Origin: an uncultured Gammaproteobacteria bacterium
Lineage (GTDB): Bacteria; Patescibacteriota; Microgenomatia; UBA12405
NCBI GenBank assembly: GCA_964425635.1
Contig: CAYRMT010000002.1
Coordinates: 1 to 34,958 of the forward strand
Direction: 5' to 3'
Length of the DNA: 34,958 nucleotides
Made by a program: the position numbers and the translations under genes. Positions 1 to 7,931 of the stretch are shown here, in pieces. Each line of letters opens with the position of its first letter. Positions within the stretch are counted from its first letter, which is position 1. Under the pieces are notes generated by a model. It did not search any database. It was not told the origin of the DNA and worked only from the letters and a program-made list of their open reading frames with translations.

Positions 1-2
1 CC

Positions 3-1157
3 GACAATGTCGTCAAACGACGTGATGTCGTTGGTATCGACGGTTCTATTATTACTCATCCTACCGTTTGGCAAGCCTCTGGTCATGTTAAGAATTTTGC
101 CGATGTTATGGTTGAATGTAAATCATGCCATAAAAGATTTCGTCCCGACCTTCTCGACGATCCATCAAAATGTCCAGAATGTGGCGGTCAATTTACTGAA
201 GGTCGTAAATATAATATTTTATTTGAAACCAAAATTGGTGTTATTGAAGGTGAAAAACAACACGCTTATTTAAGGGGAGAAGCTTGTCAAACTATTTATC
301 TTGATTTTAAAAACATTGTCGATTCTTGCCGCGTCAAAATTCCTTTTGGTATTGCCCAAATCGGAAAAGCTTTCAGAAATGAAATCACTCCCAAAAACTT
401 CCTTTATCGCACCCGTGAATTTGAGCAATGGGACATTCAATATTTTGTCCATCCAACTGAAATGGATAAATGGTTTGAATACTGGAAAGAAAATCGTATG
501 ACTTGGTATAAAAAAATATTTAATGATTCCAAAAATTTAAGATTTAGAGAACACGCCAAAGATGAATTAGCTTTTTATGCCAAAAAAGCTTTTGATATCG
601 AATATAACGCTCCCTGGGGCTGGGCAGAAATGGAAGGAATCCATTGGCGTTCAGACTATGATTTAACTCAACATTCCAAATTCAGCAAACAAGATCTTTC
701 TTACCTCGATCCAGTCACCCACGAAAAATATCTACCCCACATCACCGAAACCTCCGGCGGTGTCGATCGCAGTTTCTTTTTTATACTTCTCGATGCTTAT
801 CAAGAAGAAAAAACAGAATCAGGTGAAATTCGTACCGTTTTAAAAATAAACCCCAAGATTTCTGCCTATAAAATGGCCATTCTTCCACTTGCTGCCAACA
901 AACCAGAATTAATCAAAAAAGCTGAAAATATTTTTGGGAAATTAAATGAAAAATATTCAGTTGATTGGGATGATAGCAGTAATATAGGTAAAAAATATCG
1001 TCGTCAAGATGAAATTGGTACTCCTTGGTGTCTAGTTGTTGATTATCAAACCCTAGACGACAACACTGTTAGTATTCGTGATCGAGACACTATGAAGCAA
1101 ATTCGAATCAAAACCGATGAAGTTGACAATTGGTTGGAAAAACAGTTAAATAAATAG
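3..1157 (+). CDS. glyQS: glycine--tRNA ligase (GlyQS type), 5'-truncated at window edge
   Basis: The frame is open from nt 3 (DNVVKRRDVVGIDGSIITHPTVWQASGHVKNFADVMVECKSCHKRFRPD), so the ATG at 108 is internal. The WxASGHV motif, CxxC..CxxC insert and C-terminal anticodon-binding region (KKYRRQDEIGTPWCLVVD) are typical of class II GlyRS. Confidence 0.9.
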   Translation, partial: DNVVKRRDVVGIDGSIITHPTVWQASGHVKNFADVMVECKSCHKRFRPDLLDDPSKCPECGGQFTEGRKYNILFETKIGVIEGEKQHAYLRGEACQTIYLDFKNIVDSCRVKIPFGIAQIGKAFRNEITPKNFLYRTREFEQWDIQYFVHPTEMDKWFEYWKENRMTWYKKIFNDSKNLRFREHAKDELAFYAKKAFDIEYNAPWGWAEMEGIHWRSDYDLTQHSKFSKQDLSYLDPVTHEKYLPHITETSGGVDRSFFFILLDAYQEEKTESGEIRTVLKINPKISAYKMAILPLAANKPELIKKAENIFGKLNEKYSVDWDDSSNIGKKYRRQDEIGTPWCLVVDYQTLDDNTVSIRDRDTMKQIRIKTDEVDNWLEKQLNK

Positions 1158-1158
1158 T

Positions 1159-1872
1159 ATGAAGAAACCAATAATAATTTTTATTTCAATTGGTATTGTT
1201 GTTTTAGTTCCATTAATTTTATTCCTAAATTTAGGTAAAAAAAATACATCTGATAATAAAACTGTTACCAAAACCACTACTCAAGCTACAAAAAAGATTG
1301 AATTATCAGCCGACGAAAAACCCTATATTAATCTTATTCCAAGTTCTGAAGGCCACAATTTAACATTTAAAATTAAAGATATCCCTACTAAATTTACCAC
1401 CGCTGAATACGAATTAATTTATACCGCCAAAGACGAAAATATAGAAATTGAAAAAGGAGTCAGTGGCACAGTTGAACTATCCGGAGGTACCCTTGAAAAG
1501 GATCTTTTATTAGGCACCGCTAGTTGTACTAATGGTTGTAAATACAAATATGATGAAGGTGTTACTGGAGGAATTCTAAATATAACCCTAAAAACAAATA
1601 ATAAGGAGTATTTTTCATATGAAACCCCATTTGTTCTGACAAATTCGGCCGATATTAATAAAGAAAAGAAAATAACTCTAGCTGAAGAAAATTTTATTAT
1701 CAACTGTACTACCACTTCTAAAAGTGACTTCTTCGTTGCTCTCAAAAATTTCCAATCAACTTATTCTGTCTTCTCGAGTGGTAATGGTAAAGGCAAAATC
1801 ACTTCAATAGAACCCACCACTATTACCAAAACAGATCTCACTTCAATAACTGGTGACTATACTTCCCAATAA
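1159..1872 (+). CDS. hypothetical N-terminally membrane-anchored protein
   Basis: 237 aa ORF starting 2 nt after the glyQS stop and overlapping the rsmH start by 1 nt. One N-terminal hydrophobic helix (IIIFISIGIVVLVPLILFL) is followed by a T/K-rich linker and a soluble domain. I recognise no family. It occupies the slot where mraZ usually sits. Confidence 0.6.
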   Translation: MKKPIIIFISIGIVVLVPLILFLNLGKKNTSDNKTVTKTTTQATKKIELSADEKPYINLIPSSEGHNLTFKIKDIPTKFTTAEYELIYTAKDENIEIEKGVSGTVELSGGTLEKDLLLGTASCTNGCKYKYDEGVTGGILNITLKTNNKEYFSYETPFVLTNSADINKEKKITLAEENFIINCTTTSKSDFFVALKNFQSTYSVFSSGNGKGKITSIEPTTITKTDLTSITGDYTSQ

Positions 1873-2738
1873 TGGATTTCCATACCCCTGTCTTATTAAC
1901 CGAAACCATTGACCTTCTTGATGTCCAAAAAAATAAAATTTATATTGATTGTACTCTTGGTCATGGTGGCCACACCATAGAAATTCTCAAAAGAGGCGGT
2001 ATTGTTTACGGTATAGATCAAGATCCAAAAAATTTAGAAATCGCCACCAATCGAATCAAAGAGGCAGGTTTTGAAAAACATTTTTTTCCAATTCATAATA
2101 ATTTTAATCAATTAGAAAATATCGTTATTAACGATATTAAACAAAAGATCAATGGTTTAGTCATCGATCTCGGCCTTAGTCAAAATCAACAAACTGATCA
2201 AGATAGAGGATTTTCGTTCAACGACAAAAATTCTCTCGATATGAGATTAGACCCAGAAAATCAAGAACTTACCGCTGAAGAAATTATTAATACCTATGAC
2301 TATAATGAACTTTTCGAGATTTTTAGTAAGTACGCCCAAGAAGTGTATAGTAAACCACTAATTCTAAAAATAATCCGTGAACGTCAAAAAAAACCTATCA
2401 GAACAGCCACAAGACTGGCAAATATTATTCGAGATTACTATAAAGAACATCATCATCAATCTAAAATTGATCCCAGCACCAAAATATTTTTAAGTTTAAG
2501 AATCATAGTCAATGACGAATTCAACAATTTAAGAGACATTCTTAATCAAAGTCTAAAAATTGTTATTCCAAACGGTAACGTTTGTATTATTTCTTTTCAT
2601 TCTGGAGAAGATAGAATCATTAAACAATTTATAAAAGATCACAATTTCCCCTCAAAGCCAATCAAACCCTCTTTTGCTGAAATCAAAAAAAATCCTCTCT
2701 CTCGCTCAGCCACTCTAAGATCGTATAAAATAGTATAA
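1872..2738 (+). CDS. rsmH: 16S rRNA (cytosine1402-N4)-methyltransferase RsmH/MraW
   Basis: HTPVLLTETIDLL, DCTLGHGGHT, DLGLSQNQ and ISFHSGEDRI motifs, plus first position in the dcw cluster. Confidence 0.95.
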   Translation: MDFHTPVLLTETIDLLDVQKNKIYIDCTLGHGGHTIEILKRGGIVYGIDQDPKNLEIATNRIKEAGFEKHFFPIHNNFNQLENIVINDIKQKINGLVIDLGLSQNQQTDQDRGFSFNDKNSLDMRLDPENQELTAEEIINTYDYNELFEIFSKYAQEVYSKPLILKIIRERQKKPIRTATRLANIIRDYYKEHHHQSKIDPSTKIFLSLRIIVNDEFNNLRDILNQSLKIVIPNGNVCIISFHSGEDRIIKQFIKDHNFPSKPIKPSFAEIKKNPLSRSATLRSYKIV

Positions 2739-2739
2739 G

Positions 2740-2997
2740 ATGTTAAACAAACCTCTTTTTTTATTTATCTTTTCTCTAATAATTATTCAAGTAATTTTTT
2801 CATTTTTTTATTCCAGTGAAATTATCAATCAAAACAATTTAATTAATCAAAATCAGACCAATCTCCAATTACTCAAAATTAAAAATCAAGAATTAGAAAA
2901 AGAATTAGCCACTCTTTCATCATTATCAAGAATCGAGGCCACTGCCAGTCAAAAAAATTATAAAAACTTAAAAGAAACTATTAATATTCAAAACTAA
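2740..2997 (+). CDS. FtsL-like small bitopic cell division protein
   Basis: 85 aa with an N-terminal TM helix followed by a coiled-coil (LQLLKIKNQELEKELATLSSLSRIEATA). Lies between rsmH and ftsI as in canonical dcw clusters. Confidence 0.6.
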   Translation: MLNKPLFLFIFSLIIIQVIFSFFYSSEIINQNNLINQNQTNLQLLKIKNQELEKELATLSSLSRIEATASQKNYKNLKETINIQN

Positions 2998-2998
2998 A

Positions 2999-4651
2999 GT
3001 GCAAAATTCAAGACCAAAAATATTATCTATTGCCCTAACTTTTTGTTTTATGGTCGTTTCTTTTCGTTTTTTTTATTGGCAAGTTTTAAAAGCTCCAGAA
3101 TTAAAAGAAAAAGCTAAAAATCAAACTTATAAACTTGAAAAAATATTGCCAGAACGCGGGAAAATATATTCTTCCGACAATTTTCCTCTGGTTCTCAATC
3201 AAACAACCTATCAGCTTTCCCTTTATAAACCAAATTTTAAAGAAGATTTGAATACAATTTTAGACAAAATCGAACAAGTCTATACAAACTTTAAAACTGA
3301 AAATAGCGAAGCTCTAGAAAAATTTAAAAATAATCCCAACCAAAAATGGATAACCTTCAATTCTGCTCTAAATGAAAAACAAAAAGATTTACTTAATATA
3401 CCTGGAATTGAATTTCAAAAAATAGAAAAAAGATTTTACCCAGAAAATTCTATGGCTAAAGATATTTTAGGAACCATCGGTAAAGATTTTAGTGGAAACC
3501 AAATTGGATATGGCGGACTAGAAGCTTTTTATCAAAAACAATTACAGGGAAAAACCGGTTTTATTTGGGGACCTCAAGATGCCACCGGAAAAACTATTTT
3601 AAATAAAAAAAACTGGAGTTCTGATGCCATCAATGGTAGAAATATTTTTACCAACATCAATCGCAGTGCTCAATTTTATGTAGAAAAACTTCTTCAAAAA
3701 GGCATTAATGATTTCTCTGCTGATTCCGGTTCAATTACCATCATTCAACCAAAAACTGGAGCGATTTTAGCTATAGCCTCTCTTACCGCCACCAGTTCTG
3801 CTACCCCAAGTTCAATTAGAAACCCAGCTATTTCTGACCTTTTCGAACCTGGATCAATTTTTAAACCATTAGTAGTTTCTATGGCTCTCGACACCAAAAC
3901 CATCGACACTAATTATACTTGCATCAAATGTAACCAACCTCATATTATTGGCAAATACAATATCAGTAATTGGGACAATGAATTTCACGCTAACTCTAGT
4001 CTTCAAGATATTATAAAAAATTCCGATAATATCGGCATGAGTTATATTATTGCCAGACTTGGCCTTGATAATTTTTTAAATTATTATCAAAAACTAGGAC
4101 TCACCCAAAGAACTGGTATTGATCTTCAAGGCGAAGCCAAACCAACCGTCAAAACCGAATGGCCAGAAATTGATTTAGCCACCGCTTCTTTTGGACAGGG
4201 GGTTGTTGTTACTCAAATCGGGATGCTTCAAGCCTTCAATGTTATTGCCAACGATGGTATTTTGGTTAAACCTAAAGTTGTCAATTATTTCACCGAAAAT
4301 AATAAAATTATTAAAAATAAAAATCAAAAAGAAACACAAGTTTTTAACCCACAAACAATAAAAGAAATTAAATCTATTTTAAAATATTCAGTCGAAAACG
4401 GTGTTGTGGCTAAAATGAAACCAGAAAATCTTGAAGTTTGTGCTAAAAGTGGCACTGCACAAGTAGCTATTAGTGGTAGTTATGAAAATAATTCTTCAAC
4501 CATTGCTTCATACATTGGTTTTTCACCTTGTTATAATCCTAAATTTACTATGATTGTGACTATTAATAACCCAAAAACATCACCTTGGGGATCAAGTACA
4601 GCCGCTCCAATTTGGTATGAATTGGCATCAAAATTAAACGATTTGTTATAA
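2999..4651 (+). CDS. ftsI: penicillin-binding protein 2 / FtsI-type peptidoglycan D,D-transpeptidase
   Basis: GTG start, N-terminal TM helix, and transpeptidase motifs SIFK (SxxK), SDN (SxN) and KSGT. Confidence 0.9.
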   Translation: MQNSRPKILSIALTFCFMVVSFRFFYWQVLKAPELKEKAKNQTYKLEKILPERGKIYSSDNFPLVLNQTTYQLSLYKPNFKEDLNTILDKIEQVYTNFKTENSEALEKFKNNPNQKWITFNSALNEKQKDLLNIPGIEFQKIEKRFYPENSMAKDILGTIGKDFSGNQIGYGGLEAFYQKQLQGKTGFIWGPQDATGKTILNKKNWSSDAINGRNIFTNINRSAQFYVEKLLQKGINDFSADSGSITIIQPKTGAILAIASLTATSSATPSSIRNPAISDLFEPGSIFKPLVVSMALDTKTIDTNYTCIKCNQPHIIGKYNISNWDNEFHANSSLQDIIKNSDNIGMSYIIARLGLDNFLNYYQKLGLTQRTGIDLQGEAKPTVKTEWPEIDLATASFGQGVVVTQIGMLQAFNVIANDGILVKPKVVNYFTENNKIIKNKNQKETQVFNPQTIKEIKSILKYSVENGVVAKMKPENLEVCAKSGTAQVAISGSYENNSSTIASYIGFSPCYNPKFTMIVTINNPKTSPWGSSTAAPIWYELASKLNDLL

Positions 4652-4664
4652 TTGAATACTTTCA

Positions 4665-5966
4665 ATGGTTCAAAAATTCAAAAACGTCCTTATACATTTA
4701 CCAAAAAGTTTTTTTTACAATTTAAAGTACGGTTTTCCAAGTAAAAAATTAACTTTAATTGGTATCACTGGAACAGACGGCAAAACTACTACCTGCACCC
4801 TAGTTAATGAAATATTAAAACAATCTGGGCTAAAGACTGGATTAATTACTACTATTGGTGCAAAAATTGGGGATAAAGAAATAGATACTGGGTTTCACAC
4901 CACCACACCAGACCCGTCTATTCTTCAAAAAATTTTCAGCGACATGGTGAAAGCTGGCATTACTCATGTTGTCTGCGAAGTCACTTCACACGCCCTTGAT
5001 CAATATCGTTTTTGGGGTTGTAACTTTGAAATTTCTGGTATCACCAACACTTCACACGAACACCTTGATTATCATAAAAATTTAGAATCGTACATTGGAA
5101 CTAAATCTAAACTTTTCTCAATTTCTAAAAGCGCTATTCTGAACAAAGACGATCAATCGTTCGACTTAATAAAAAAACAAATTAAAATTCCTTTTAAAAC
5201 ATTTGGTATAAAAAAAACCTCAGATTATCAAGCCCAAAAAATTAAATTAGACTCAAATTCATTAAGTTTCCATGTTAATGGCCAAAAATTTATCACCGAT
5301 AGTAATTATGAATATCAAGTTTACAATATCCTTTTAGCAACCGCAATTTGTTATAAACTAGGAATAAAATCAGAAATAATTCAACAGGTAATAAAGCATT
5401 TTCCAGAAACAAAAGGTCGTCGAGAAGAAGTCCAAAATGAACTCAAATTTAAAACCATTATCGATTTTGCTCACACCCCATTTGCTCTTGAATCATCGCT
5501 TTCTTCACTCAAAAAAACTAATCCAGGAAAAACTATAGTCATTTTTGGAGCCACTGGTGGGCGAGATCAAAGTAAACGCCCAATAATGGGGGAAATCGTT
5601 TCTAAATTGGCCAATATAGCGTTAATCACATCCGACGACACCAGAAATGAAAAAATAGAAAATATCAACAAACAAATAATAAATGGTATTGATCCCAAAA
5701 AATCAGAACTAATTGATTATCAAGAAATTAAAAATAAAAAACAAATTCAAAAAGTAATTGAATTATCTAATAAAAAATTTATATATTTCAATATTCCCAA
5801 TCGTCAAGACGCATTTAATTTGGCCATAAAATTAGCTCAACCAGACGATGTCGTTATTGCTTGCGGTAAAGGCCACGAAACTACTATTCTTCACGGAAAT
5901 ACCGAGTATCCCTGGTCAGAAGCAGAGGCCTTCAGAACCGCTTTCAGGCTTCGAAAAACAAAATAA
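4665..5966 (+). CDS. murE: MurE-type Mur ligase (UDP-MurNAc-L-Ala-D-Glu:diamino acid ligase) lacking most of the N-terminal domain
   Basis: P-loop GITGTDGKTTT, HALDQYR, TNTSHEHLDYH, DFAHTP, GATGGRDQSKRP, TSDDTRNE (equivalent of the MurE DNPR motif) and GKGHE. Only about 35 residues precede the P-loop. Confidence 0.85.
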   Translation: MVQKFKNVLIHLPKSFFYNLKYGFPSKKLTLIGITGTDGKTTTCTLVNEILKQSGLKTGLITTIGAKIGDKEIDTGFHTTTPDPSILQKIFSDMVKAGITHVVCEVTSHALDQYRFWGCNFEISGITNTSHEHLDYHKNLESYIGTKSKLFSISKSAILNKDDQSFDLIKKQIKIPFKTFGIKKTSDYQAQKIKLDSNSLSFHVNGQKFITDSNYEYQVYNILLATAICYKLGIKSEIIQQVIKHFPETKGRREEVQNELKFKTIIDFAHTPFALESSLSSLKKTNPGKTIVIFGATGGRDQSKRPIMGEIVSKLANIALITSDDTRNEKIENINKQIINGIDPKKSELIDYQEIKNKKQIQKVIELSNKKFIYFNIPNRQDAFNLAIKLAQPDDVVIACGKGHETTILHGNTEYPWSEAEAFRTAFRLRKTK

Positions 5967-5967
5967 T

Positions 5968-6558
5968 ATGACAAAATTTAATTTAAAAAATACCAAAAGT
6001 ATTGATCAAAATTACCAAAATGGTCTTCTTCCTCAAAGGAATGACAAAAATTTATTTTATTCCCAAACCAGTTGTCGGTCTAATTTAAAAAATTTCAACT
6101 TAAGTTCTGAAAATCGTCGAATTTTAAGAAAAACAGAAGATTTCACCTTCGAAAAAATAAATCTAAAAGATTTCAACTACGATTCAAAAATTCAAAAAGA
6201 AATTACCATCTGGATAAAAACACTCGGTTGGAATTTTCCAGTCAGTTCAATAAAAAATGTTTTTAAAAACCATATTTTTAATTATCTTTACATATGGAAA
6301 GATGAACAAAAAAATATCATTGCCTATTCTCTTTGCTATTTTTCAAAAAACATTAGTCATATTGCCTATGTTTTTTATAATCCAGAATTCACCCATGGAA
6401 ATCTACCTATCCGTTTAGTTTTACAAGTCATCATCGACAGTCAAGAATTAGGTTTAAATTTTTGTTATCTCGGTCGCTTCTCTAAAAACACCGGTTTTTA
6501 TAAACGTAACATGCCAGGTTTTGAATATTATAAAGATAATCAATGGACTAAATTATGA
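5968..6558 (+). CDS. arginyl/leucyl-tRNA--protein transferase (ATE/Bpt) family homolog, minimal form
   Basis: The first ATG outside murE is at 5968, 1 nt after the murE stop; the 5848 start in the ORF track lies inside murE. Resembles Bpt/ATE: FNLSSENRRILRK (like the ATE_N LSRSQRR segment), and SHIAYVFYNPEF...LPIRLVLQVI...GLNFCYLGRFSKNTGFYKRNMPGFEYY...QW (like ATE_C FYDPE...YLGY...YK..F.P.E). ATGA overlap with the next gene. Confidence 0.6.
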   Translation: MTKFNLKNTKSIDQNYQNGLLPQRNDKNLFYSQTSCRSNLKNFNLSSENRRILRKTEDFTFEKINLKDFNYDSKIQKEITIWIKTLGWNFPVSSIKNVFKNHIFNYLYIWKDEQKNIIAYSLCYFSKNISHIAYVFYNPEFTHGNLPIRLVLQVIIDSQELGLNFCYLGRFSKNTGFYKRNMPGFEYYKDNQWTKL

Positions 6559-7928
6559 AAATACACATTTTAGGAATCGCCGGCACCATGACTGCTTCTC
6601 TAGCTGTCGCCCTTAAAAGAGAAGGTCACATTGTTTCTGGTTCCGACCAGGAAAAAATATATCCACCTATTAGTACTATCCTTAAAAAAGCCAATATTAA
6701 AATTAATTCATCCAAAATTGATTCCGATATAGATTTAGCTATCATCGGATCATCGTTCTCTAATTTTAAAAGAACTAAAGAAGAATTTGATCAAATTAAA
6801 AAATTAAAAATCAAATATGTTTCTGCCAGTGAATTTGTTGCTCAAAATTTGGGTAAAGAAAATTCAATTTTAATCGCTGGAACTTATGGTAAAACCACTA
6901 TTTCCTCCCTTGTTTCTTGGATTTTCGATCAAGCCAATTTAAAACCTAACTACATGTTTGGCGGGAAAGCCTTAAACCGCTTCCCATCAGTCAATAATTC
7001 ACCATCAAACTGGTCTATTATTGAAGCAGACGAATCAATTAATGGCCTCGATACTCAAGCTAAATTTTTATACTACCCGGTTAAATTTTTACTTTTAACC
7101 AGTGCTGATTGGGAGCACAAAGATTCTTATTCCACTGAAATCGAAAACTTTAATGCCTTCAAAAAATTAATTTTAAATATCCCCAAAGACGGCATTTTGT
7201 TTATCAATTCAAAAGGATATCAAACTAAAGAATTAAGTCTTTATTCAAAATCAAAAATAATTACCTACAATTCATCCACATCAGACTATTTTATTAAAGA
7301 TATAAAAATTAAAAAAAATTATACTATTCTATTCTGTCAAACTCCTAAAAATATTATTGAAATTAAAACCAAACTTATTGGTCAATTTAATTTTGAAAAC
7401 ATTTTGGCTGCCATTACTATCACTGATAGTTTAAACATTCCTCAAACTAAAATTAAACAGGCTATCTTAAAATTTAAGGGTATCAATCGTCGAATCGAAA
7501 AAATTTATGATTATAAAAAAATTATAATTTTTGACGATTTTGCCCAATCTCCCAATAGAATTAAATCAACGATTGAGGCTGTAAAATTACATTTTCCTAA
7601 AAACAAAATAAAAGTTTTATACCAACCCCACGCTTCTTTTATTCAACACAAAAAAAGTTTAAAAGAATTCAAAAACGTTTTTGATTCAGTTTCTGAAGTT
7701 GTTTTATCAAAATTAAGTTTTAATAATAAAATTAAAAAAAACAATCGTGTCACTGCCAAAAATTTTAAAGAGGTTATAGGTGATAAATTAATTTATCTTC
7801 CTGTTGACGAAGATATCCCTTCCTTTTACCAAAAAAATTTAACCCCAGGTGACATATTAATCAATATGAGTTCTGGTGGTTTAAGTGGAAATAAAATCAT
7901 CAAATCAATTATTAATTCTTTAAAATAA
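6555..7928 (+). CDS. mpl: Mur ligase of the Mpl/MurC family, closest in appearance to UDP-N-acetylmuramate:L-alanyl-gamma-D-glutamyl-diamino acid ligase (Mpl)
   Basis: N-terminus MKIHILGIAGTMTASLAVALKREGHIVSGSDQEKIYPPISTILKKANI, P-loop GTYGKTT, IIEADESI...KFLYYP, ADWEHKDSY, and C-terminus GDILINMSSGGLSGNKII. From memory these parallel E. coli Mpl (YPPMS, IIEADEYD, MSNGGFGG) better than MurC. Mpl versus MurC specificity cannot be settled by eye. Confidence 0.8.
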   Translation: MKIHILGIAGTMTASLAVALKREGHIVSGSDQEKIYPPISTILKKANIKINSSKIDSDIDLAIIGSSFSNFKRTKEEFDQIKKLKIKYVSASEFVAQNLGKENSILIAGTYGKTTISSLVSWIFDQANLKPNYMFGGKALNRFPSVNNSPSNWSIIEADESINGLDTQAKFLYYPVKFLLLTSADWEHKDSYSTEIENFNAFKKLILNIPKDGILFINSKGYQTKELSLYSKSKIITYNSSTSDYFIKDIKIKKNYTILFCQTPKNIIEIKTKLIGQFNFENILAAITITDSLNIPQTKIKQAILKFKGINRRIEKIYDYKKIIIFDDFAQSPNRIKSTIEAVKLHFPKNKIKVLYQPHASFIQHKKSLKEFKNVFDSVSEVVLSKLSFNNKIKKNNRVTAKNFKEVIGDKLIYLPVDEDIPSFYQKNLTPGDILINMSSGGLSGNKIIKSIINSLK

Positions 7929-7931
7929 TTT

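Noticed and set aside
7-501. ORFs 7-273 (+), 270-452 (-) and 301-501 (+) at the window start.
   Set aside because: They overlap the GlyRS reading frame, which is open from nt 3 and carries clear synthetase motifs. Their translations are featureless.
5848-5967. Longer 236 aa version of the ATE-like ORF starting at 5848.
   Set aside because: The extra 40 codons lie inside the conserved C-terminus of murE (GKGHE region), whereas the ATG at 5968 sits 1 nt after the murE stop.
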